From: Octopus vulgaris
Taxonomy: Eukaryota
Length of the DNA stretch: 64,000 nucleotides
Direction of reading: 5' to 3'
NCBI GenBank assembly: GCA_951406725.2
Contig: OX597837.1
Span: 26,350,001 to 26,414,000, forward strand
The notes under the pieces were generated by a model, which was given only the letters and a program-made list of their open reading frames with translations, was not told where the DNA came from and did not search any database. This document shows, in pieces, positions 53,711 to 64,000 of the stretch; the stretch's first letter is position 1; every line of letters begins with the position of its first letter. A program made the position numbers and the translations under genes.

Positions 53711-54102
53711 ATCATCATCATCATCATTGTTTAACGTCCGTTCTCCATGCTAGCATGGGTTGGATGTTTCGACCGGGGATCTGGGAAGCCAGGAGGCCGC
53801 ACCAGGCTCCAGTCTGATCTGGCACTGTTTCTACAGCTGGATGCCTTTCCTAACGCCAACCACTCCGTGAGTGTAGTGGGTGCTTTTTACGTGCCACCGG
53901 CACAGGTGCCAGGTGAGGCTGGCAACGGCCATAATCGGATTGGCGCTTTTTACGTGAGCCAGTCAAGGCGGCGCTGGCATCGGCCCTGTTTGGATGATGC
54001 TTTTTACGTGCCACCGGCACGAAAGCCAGTCTAGGCGGCGCTGGCATCGGCCCCGTTTGGATGGTGCTTTTTACATGCCACCAGCACAGGGATCACAACT
54101 GC
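53711..54102 (-). mobile_element. SINE-like family B
   Basis: Homology to the other copies. Confidence 0.85.
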
Positions 54103-54259
54103 ATATATATATATATATATATACAAAATTAATTTTGTATGTAACATAATTTTTAATCGTTGGATTTTTTAAATATGCTAAGCCACTGGTTTTAATTGAT
54201 TAATATCAATTTCTACCCTTATTATTTAATTTTTACTTCTGTTGTGTGTGAATACACAC

Positions 54260-55160
54260 ACACACATGACAAGTAAAGAGACACCCATAAAATATCGTTT
54301 TCTGTTTATTCTAACTTGTAAAAGTTTACATTTTTTATTAGTTGACATTTTTATGTTTCAGGTTCTGTATGTGTCCATTTAATCATGCCATGTACAAAAG
54401 AATCCTTGGAACTGTCCAAATTTCAAAGAGGCCGTATTGTGGGTCGTTCTGAATGTGGACATAGTCAGCAGAAAATCGCAGAAAACCTTGGGATCCCGCT
54501 TTCTACAGTTAATAGAGTAATTGTGCAATTCACTAGAGAGGGAAAGAGTCTACATCACTTTGCCCAGCTCAACCAGGGCCCTCTGACAGGACCCTTCTCT
54601 TTGCTAAGAGAAGTGTGGAGAATAATCCTCGTAGCAAGGCCTCTGACATAGCAGTACAAGTGAATGTCAGTCCCAGAACAGTTGTCAGGTATCTCCACAA
54701 ACTTGGTTACTACAGCAGAGCAGCAAGAAGGAAGCCACTTCTTTGACCAACCAATATCAAGTGGAGAAAAGATTGGGTCAGTGAGATGGTGGAGAAAAGT
54801 ATGAAAGAGATTTAAAATACGATCTTGATGTAAATTAAGTTGTTTTTTTTGTTTTTCTTCTTTTATGACTTTTAAATTGCTAGGGCTCTGTGTGTTATGA
54901 AATAGTTAATGACATACATCTTAAGTGAAATTTAATTAGATTTTTTTTATGCAGACTTGTTATGGAGTGTCGACTAAATGTTCGTCGACTAAATTAGGCT
55001 TCGTTAAAGTTTCAAAACCAAGTATGCAAAGAAATGAATTGAGTTGTAGCAGCCTTCATTCATCTCCCACCACTATATGTATATACATTTGTATTTGTAT
55101 ATACACATACATGAGCATGTGTATGCACACTTATATAAGCAAATGTATATGTGTAAATGT

Positions 55161-55214
<54 letters not shown>

Positions 55215-56125
55215 TCTTTTACTCTTTTGCTTGTTTCAGTCATTTGACTGCGGCCATGCTGGAGCACCACCTTTAGTTGAGACACTGTCATCTTCTCTGA
55301 TTAGTCCAAATTTGCTCTATTTCCTCACAGTGGTTGAATGTGGGTCTAGAAACTTTGTGATCAAGAATTTAACATGAAAAGATTGCAGCCAAAAATGAAA
55401 CATGACAGTTATCTCGTGATGGTCTCGGGAGCAATTTGGAGCAATGGTTGATCAGAGCTGGTAGAGTGTGAGGGAAATATAAACACTGATAAATATGTGT
55501 CCATATTGAAGAAAGGACTCCTTCCAATCTTCTCCAGTGGTGAAATAATTAAAGAAGACTCTTTATTTATTGAAGATGTGGATCCTTGTCACACGGCTAA
55601 AATGACCCAAGATTTGTTGGATGAGAATGGCATTAAAAAGCATTCATGGCCAAGCCAGTCGACAGATATGAACCCTATTGAACACCTCTGGGACATAAAG
55701 GACAAGACACTGAGTTCAAATTCCGCTGAGGTGGACTTTGCCTTTCATCCTTTCGGGGTTGATAAATTAAGTACCAATTGCGTACTGGTGTCGATCTAAT
55801 CGACTGGCCCCTTCTCCCAAAATGTCAGACTTTGTGCCAAGAGCAGAAATGAATGGACAGGACACTTAATAAAAGGAACAATAAAGCATCTTCAAAGCCA
55901 GATCTTTTGAGATTACTGCATGAAACTTGGCAAAAAATTCCTCAAGGGAATATTTGTCATCTGATTGGTAACATGCCTAATAGGGTCCTTGCATTGAAAA
56001 ATGCAAATGGTATGTCTACTAAATATTAAATATTCACATTATAACAATTAATAAATAATTTGAAAGTGTAATTTCAGATTTAAATAAATTTTAATGATTA
56101 TAAGGGTATCTATTTACTTCTGTCA

Positions 56126-56131
<6 letters not shown>
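54260..56131 (+). mobile_element. Decayed Tc1 (DDE) transposon, transposase pseudogene ~54385-56028
   Basis: [64 protein letters not shown]; TIRs CACACATGACA..AGTAAAGAGACACCC / GGGTATCTATTTACTTCTGTCATGTGTG. Confidence 0.9.
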
Positions 56132-56160
<29 letters not shown>

Positions 56161-56406
56161 CATCATCATCATCATCATCGTTTAGCGTCCACTTTCCATG
56201 CTAGCATGGGTTGGACGGTTCAACTGGGGTCTGGGAAGCCAGAAGGCTGCACCAAGCCCAGTCTAATCTGGCAATGTTTTTACGGCTGGATGCCCTTCCT
56301 AACGCCAACCACTCCGTGAGTGTAGTGGGTGCTTTTTATGTGCCACCGGCACAGGGTCCAGGCGAGGCTGGCAACGGCCACGAGCGGATGGTGCTTTTTA
56401 CATGCC
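56161..56406 (-). mobile_element. SINE-like family B
   Basis: Homology to the other copies. Confidence 0.85.
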
Positions 56407-56822
56407 AAACATGCTCGCATATGTGCATACATTTATATGCATGCATATATATATATACATGCATGTGTTTGTATAGTTGTCTACATATACATGTATGAGT
56501 GTATAGAGGAATATGTGCAGACATATATGCATACATGCACAAAATTGTGCATACATGTCTATGCCTGCATGTGCATAGACGTGAGTGCATGTGTGTATAC
56601 AGACATATATACATGTGCATACAAGCCTGTGTGTATATACATTCTAGCAGATACACAGAGGATGAAAATAAACAGCTTGGGAAGATGAGAAAGAAGAACG
56701 AAAAGCCAAAAAAATGAAACTGCGTCATGTTGTTGATAATGTGGCGTTTATATGTGGCATACCGCCAATCTAGGAAGTGTTTGTGTATATATGTGTATAT
56801 ATACATACATATGCATACATAC

Positions 56823-56865
<43 letters not shown>

Positions 56866-57019
56866 TCTATATATATATATATATGAATCTATATCACTGA
56901 TCTTATCTGGGGTTAAACTATAGTGTTACTGACTGATCAGTATACACACTCACTGTATACACGCATGTATGGGTGTATAGTTGCGGATGCACTATACACA
57001 CACACACATATACTCACAT

Positions 57020-57765
57020 ATATATGCATACATATCTATATACATCTACATAAACACATACGTACATATGCATCTATATACATATGTACACATCTACATA
57101 CATAAATATCTACATATATAAACATTTACATATCTATATACATCTTCATACACACATACATATGCATCTATATACATATGTACACATCTGCATACATAAA
57201 TATCTACATATATAAGCATTTAAATATCTATATACATATCTATATGAATACACACACACACATACATATGTATCTATATACATATGTACACACACACACA
57301 TACATAAATATCTACATATATAAACATTTACATATCTATATACATATCTATATGAATACACACACACACATACATGTATCTATATACATATGTACACGTC
57401 TACATACATAAATATCTACATATATAAACATTTACATATCTATATGAATACACACACACACATACATATGTATCTATATACATATGTACACATCTACATA
57501 CATAAATATCTACATATATAAACATTTACGTATCTATATACATATCTATAAGAAATCACACACACACATACATATGTATCTACATACATATGTACACATC
57601 TACATATATAAATATCTACATATATAAACATTTACATATCTATATACATATCTATATGAATACACACACACACATACATATGTATCTATATACATATGTA
57701 CACATCTACATACATAAATATCTACATATATAAACATTTACATATCTATATACATATCTATATGA

Positions 57766-57796
<31 letters not shown>

Positions 57797-57800
57797 CATA
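57020..57800. repeat. AT/AC-rich tandem repeat, ~110-120-bp unit
   Basis: Recurrent ATAAATATCTACATATATAAACATTTAC blocks. Confidence 0.85.
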
Positions 57801-58436
57801 TATAAACTTGCACATAAGCATGTATACACACATATAACACTTGCGTACTCATAATCCTAGAGACACGCACAAACAATAGACACACAGACACACACACACA
57901 CCTACACAATTTACATAGCTCTAGTATTGGGCAATTTCATGCTAACACTCTCGTCAGACAAACAGACAGACAAATTGCCCAATAAGAAATATTTATAAAT
58001 ATAATTTCTTTTCTACCAAATCGAAATCAATATCGAATAACAATGTACGACATACAAACTAATAACATTCATCATCATCATCATCATAACTGACATCACA
58101 TGGTCATAGCTATATATATATATATATATATATAAATATATCATCATCATCATCATAATATCATCATCATCATGGAAAACGGACGCTAAACGATGATGAT
58201 GATGATGATGATGATATTATATATATTGTATATATGTCTGTGTATGTCACTAACTATATATATATATATAAAAATATATTCATATATTCATAAATACACA
58301 ATGCATTTATATCTATATATATCACTTATATTTCCATACATATATACATACATACAATGTATATATGTCAATATACATCATTGATATTTATACACACATA
58401 TCATTGTCTCTATGTCAATACATCACTAGCTACATA

Positions 58437-58494
<58 letters not shown>

Positions 58495-59860
58495 CATACA
58501 TACACAATGTACTTATGTCTATATACATCATTCATGGTATTTATAAAGATACACTGTATGTCTGTGTACATAACAAGGTGTTTTCTAAACATACATATCG
58601 ATAATCCCACCTATCTACTCACGTGCTTATATAATTACAGCATTTCTCCTAGTTTAGCTGCTTTAGTAAAGGTTTGCTTCGTTAATTGTAAACACGGGGA
58701 GGGTCCAACCCATGCCAGCATGACTGCTAGACGTTAAATGTGGGTGGACAGAGAAAAAGGAAACATTTTGCAGTTTTGTCTAAGGTTATTCTAACATCTG
58801 TAACAACTCCATGACCCTACAAAGTAATAATGAGCGATAGAGAGAGATTTCAGCATCATCTCCCATCACAATGGTGTTAGATTACTCCATATTCAAACCT
58901 TCCCTGATAATCGCCTTTTAGCATTCTACATCTCAACCATCATAATGCCTGTGTAAAGAGGGATCTGTCTAATGGCTCCCCCAATGTCTAACTCCTAACG
59001 ATACCCTTCGACCATCACATTTCTTTATAGATATCCACAGCCTTCCTCTAGTGTCCAAACATCATAGAAATCCATCTCTCCTTCTCTCTCTCACACCTTT
59101 ATTGTTATCCATCACTTTCCTTCTCTCACATAACTAATTATTAATACATCTCTCTTTATCACTTCCATCACTCCATCCTCCGTTGCCATCTCCACCAGTC
59201 CCTCTCCCTATGCATCGTGCTTTTCACACTGTTTTTCTATTCAACTGTTTTATTAATAACCAACACGGTGTTACCTATCACTGTCTCTCTTCCATTACTA
59301 CCACCTCCATCACATTCTTGCTCTCATTATACTTCTGCTCTATCTTCTTTCCCTCTTATCAACTTGGTTCTTTCTCTCTCATCACTGTTCCATTAATTCC
59401 CTGGTTCCACATAAAAAACACTTATGTTGGCACCAGATAAAAGAACTCATGCCAACCCCATATAAAAGCGCTCATGCCAGTACCACGTTAAAAGCACCCA
59501 GCACACACTGTAAAGTGTTTGGCATTAGGAAGGGCATCCAGCCATAGAAACCAGGCCAAATCAGAGTCTGGCACAGTTCTCCGGCTGGCCAGCTCTGGTC
59601 AAACAGTCCAATCCATGCCAGCATGGAAAACGAATGTTACAGGATGATGGCGATGATGTTCCCTTAAATTAATTAAGAGGAGAGAGAACTGATTAGTCTT
59701 GATCTGGACAACACAACCTCTCAAGTGTCGATGCTATGACAAAATAACAAAATACATCCAGTCCACCCGGGCATGTGGTTGGCTTTTTTGAAAGACATCA
59801 AGTGGTAGAAACCATTTCAAAAATGGCATGTACTAGTGGAATGTGGTCTGCAAACCACCT

Positions 59861-60249
59861 CTCTCTATCCGCTCAGTCGAAGTCGACTCTCGGTCACTCA
59901 TTGGATCAGTGTCCTCCAGTCAGTTCTATCCTGGGCCGCTTCCTTCAGATTGGCCATGTCCATTCCGGTATCACTCCTGATGGTGTCAAGCCAGTGGGTT
60001 CTTGGTCGGCCTCTTCCTCTCTTGCCACTGACCATTCCAAGCATGATGTCCTTCTCCAGGGATTCTCTCCGCATAATATGACCGAAATATGCCAATCTAC
60101 GTTTGGTGATCCCAGCTTCTAGCAACATTTTCAGCCTTATCTGCTTAAGAACTTCTCCATTGGTGAGCCTCGCTGTCCATGGAATCCGCAAAAGTCTTCT
60201 CCAACACCAAAGCTCAAATGCATTAATTCTCTTCTGGTCAGCTTCTGGT
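59861..60249 (-). pseudogene. 5'-truncated RTE (BovB-like) LINE insertion
   Basis: RINAFELWCWRRLLRIPWTARLTN..YFGHIMRR..GKRGRGRPRTHWLD; 10-bp TSD CAAACCACCT (59851-59860, 60250-60259); (GA)n tail. Confidence 0.92.
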
Positions 60250-60866
60250 CAAACCACCTAAGGTAGTAGAAACGTTAAATAACAAGTGAACCAAATTTTG
60301 GCAACCTCTCCGATTCATGCCAACATAGAAAGAAGACATAAAATGATGATCAAAATCGAAATTGGTAAAATGTTTTCTTTATAACTATAAAAAATATCCA
60401 ACGTTGGAACAAAAAAGACATTTAATAACATTAATGAGATATTTTATTAATTTCAATTTCAGCTGAATTTATTTTATTCTTTATTTTATTCTTGTACTGG
60501 TTTCATTCATTGAGCTGTAGCCATCCTCAGGCATCGCATTAACAGAGTTAATTGGTAAAATTGATCCTTGTGTTTATCATCATTATTTAATGTCTGTTTT
60601 CCATGCTGGGATGGGTTAGACGGTTTGACAGGGGGCTGACCAAGTGAAGAGCTGTTCAGGTTTCGTGTTGGTTTTGACATGGTTTCTAAAGCTGGATGCC
60701 CTTCCTAACGCCAACCACTTCACAGAGTGCACTGGCTGTTTTTACACAGCACCAATACAAGTGCTTTTTATGTGGCACCACCACCTATGAGCCAGCAAGA
60801 TTAGAAATGCTCAGCTGGAGAGGGATTCAGGGATAAAGCCTGTATGCAAATACAACCACACTTATA

Positions 60867-61051
60867 ATGGGAAGGTTTACGAAAATAAACAAAAGACGAA
60901 GGCAGGTGGAGTACAAACAAACAAATGTATTAGTATGGCGCTCAGGAATAGAAATAGAACAAGTCTTTTACGTTTCGAGCCTACGCTCTTCGATAGAAAG
61001 ATACACAGAAAAGAAACAAGGAGAGAAAAAAATGCGTGTAGGAGATAACGG

Positions 61052-61053
<2 letters not shown>
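60867..61053 (-). mobile_element. ~190-bp TA-flanked element with hammerhead-like motif (61001-60964)
   Basis: Minus strand: TCTTT-CTATCGA-A-GAGC-gtag-GCTC-GAAA-CG-TA-AAAGA. Confidence 0.65.
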
Positions 61054-61088
<35 letters not shown>

Positions 61089-61329
61089 TACACACACAAA
61101 TGATACAGCTAAACATTTGACATCACTTGAGGGAAAAGAAATTTAATTTAGATAGAGAAATATAAACATAGTTTCTAAAATAGCCAAACATGTGGATCAT
61201 GATATTGAGTAAGAATTCCATAAGCTGAGCATTCTGTTATCAGAGTGGGAGAAGACACAAAAATAAAAAAATGAAGAAATATACCCAACCAGGGATGTTA
61301 GTGTATTCCATTTTATATATATATATATA

Positions 61330-61516
61330 ACGGGAAGGTTTATGAAAATAAACAAAAGACGAAGGCAGGTGGAGTACAAACAAACAAATGTATTAGTATG
61401 GCACTCAGGAATAGAAATAGAACAAGTCTTTTACGTTTCGGGCCTACGCTCTTCAACAGAAAGATATACAGAAAAGAAACAAGGAGAGAAAAGAATGCGT
61501 GTAGGAGCTAACGGTC
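61330..61516 (-). mobile_element. Second copy (offset 463 bp) with hammerhead-like motif (61464-61427)
   Basis: Minus strand: TCTTT-CTGTTGA-A-GAGC-gtag-GCCC-GAAA-CG-TA-AAAGA. Confidence 0.65.
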
Positions 61517-62195
61517 TATCATGGCATTCTTATCTTGGCAGGTTTTCTTATACTTAGCCTGGCATGTTTTCTGGTACTTACCCTGTCTGTCTCTTTCTTC
61601 AAAACCATTAAATTACAGGAACACAAACAAACCACCAGTGGTAGTCAGTAAAACACACACACACAGATATCCCCAGTTTCTTATTTCTTTATTACCCACA
61701 AGGGGCTAAACATAGAGGGGACAAACAAGAACAGACAGAGGGATTAAGTCAATTACAGTTTCTCCACAGTTTCTGTCAAATATATTCTCTCATAAGGTAT
61801 TGGACAGCCCAGGGCTATTTTTTATCACTGATAAGAAATCATGAGTAAAGATCTTCTACTACCATGTTTTTACTGATGAAATTCACCTCTGTCTACATAC
61901 CTACCCTCTTTGTAATGTTGGGAAATGGAATAAGTATAAAAATGAACATTGTCAATTTAATTAAAATAATTCCATATGTGGCTGAAGATTGCCCTACATT
62001 TTAAAACTGATGTAATACTTACATTGCTTAATTAAATGAAGTAGCATGAAACGCTTGTACTACACTACCTTTGGATATCTTTGTTGCTTATTTTGACTAT
62101 AATCACCCCATTTCATTTATATGGATAATACCATACAAAATTCTGGTGCCTTTAACTTAAGTACCATATTCATCTAAATCTAAATTTTTGCTGAA

Positions 62196-62253
<58 letters not shown>

Positions 62254-62522
62254 GTTTGATAAAGTACCAATACATGAAACTCTCAGTTGTTGACTGCTGC
62301 TTGCTTCTTCTGATTTCTTAAATTTACCTCAGTGTAATTAATAAAGCTGCAATTAAGTAAATAATTAGCTAAATGATCCACCAGTAACAATAATTAATTG
62401 ACTATATTAAAATAGATGACAAGTTTATTTGTTTCAGTAATTTTATTAGTTCAGCAGTTTTAGGATTTAAAATGAGGCCATAATTTATAAAAAGAGAAAG
62501 TGGAACTGATGGAGCAAACACG

Positions 62523-62553
<31 letters not shown>

Positions 62554-62950
62554 CATACATACTTATATATATATACAACACATATATACACATACACAAT
62601 TATATATATATAAAAATATACATATATATACACATACATAATTATATATATATATAAAAATATACATATATATACATACACATACATAATTATATATATA
62701 TAAAAATATACATATATATACATACACATACATAATTATATATATATATAAAAATATACATATATATATACATACATAATTATATATATATATAAAAATA
62801 TACATATATATATACATACATAATTATATTTCTATATAAAAATATACATATTTTTACATTCACATACATAATTATATATATATATATAAATAAATATACA
62901 TCTATATATACACACACACACACACACATGTATATATATATACACACACA
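62523..62950. repeat. AT/AC minisatellite, ~42-46-bp unit
   Basis: Repeated ATAATTATATAT..AAAAATATACATAT. Confidence 0.85.
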
Positions 62951-62974
62951 CTCTCGGAGTGTATATATATATGC

Positions 62975-63135
62975 TACACTCCTGGAGTGGTTGGTGTTAG
63001 AAAGGGCATCCAGCTGTAGAAACTCTGCCAGATCAAGATTGGAGCCTGGTGTAGCCATCTGGTTCTCCAACCCTCAGTCAAAATCGTCCAACCCATACTA
63101 GCATGGAAAGCGAACGTTAAACGATGATGATGATG
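62975..63135 (+). mobile_element. SINE-like family B, 3' part
   Basis: Homology plus (GAT)n tail. Confidence 0.8.
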
Positions 63136-63624
63136 ATATATATATATATATATATATGCATACATATACCATATTTGTGAGTGAATTGTACTATTTTATA
63201 CTTGGTTTTCATAGCATGGGGCAAAGCTAAAACTTTGAAGGGAAAAAGTTTTGTATCGAAGATTTAACACTAAATTAGGGGTCCAACTTATACACAAGTG
63301 TAAAGGGAGGTGTGCATGCATTTTCAAATATGTGAATGTGAATCATGCACAATCTCATAACTTTGAGGTTTCAATGATTGATTCTTTATTTTCAAAATCT
63401 CACTGTAGGGTTGGTGTGAGAGGCTAGGTATGGCCAGTTTGGATGTAAATCAGGTAGAATTTGGGGGCTGGATATGAATGGCTTAAATGCTCAAGAATTG
63501 ATGGCAATGATGATGATATCAGGTAGATTACCTTTTGGGGCTGAACAGATGGAGAATTCAGTTGTGAATTAAGGGTTTTAAAATGTCTTGATGATAGTTT
63601 ATGAAATCAGTCCATGAGGGACCT

Positions 63625-63762
63625 TATAGTCAAATGAATCAACCCCAGTATATGTTTAAGCCTGGCAGTTATTCTTTTGATCTCTTTTGCTGAACTGCTA
63701 AATTACAGGGATGTAAACACACCAACACCTGTTGTCAAGCAGTAGTGGGAGGCAAAACACAG

Positions 63763-63801
<39 letters not shown>

Positions 63802-63970
63802 TGTGTGTGCCTTCCATGATGGTTTTCTTTCAGTCTCCGTCTACCAAATCCACTCACAAGGCTTTGGTCAGCCCAAAGCTATAGTAGAAGACACTAGACC
63901 AAGGTGCCATGCAGTGGGGCTGAACCTGGAACCATATAGTTGGGAAAGCAAGTTTCTTACCATATAGCCG
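63625..63970 (-). mobile_element. Diverged SINE family A
   Basis: Homology to the other copies. Confidence 0.8.
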
Positions 63971-64000
63971 TGTTAGTGTGTGTGTGTGTGTGTGTGTAGA

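Overview
AT-rich, repeat-saturated eukaryotic non-coding DNA (intergenic or intronic). The SINE repertoire and microsatellite load best fit an octopod cephalopod; this is pattern recognition, not a database result. No intact protein-coding gene is supported, and nearly all listed ORFs are microsatellite or SINE artefacts. The window holds many copies of at least 5 tRNA-type SINE families (labelled A-F here), 3' fragments of RLE (R4/Dong-like), RTE and CR1 LINEs, two decayed Tc1/mariner transposons, hAT, MULE and piggyBac MITEs, non-autonomous Helitrons, several minisatellites, a 6x152-bp tandem array and a ~7.4-kb array of ~31-bp units. The most notable signal is six type I hammerhead-ribozyme-like folds in short microsatellite-flanked elements, one of them fused to a tRNA-derived Pol III head. 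Every copy carries at least one core deviation, so activity is unproven. Also notable are both Tc1/mariner elements carrying copies of nearby DNA, and repeated local inverted duplications.
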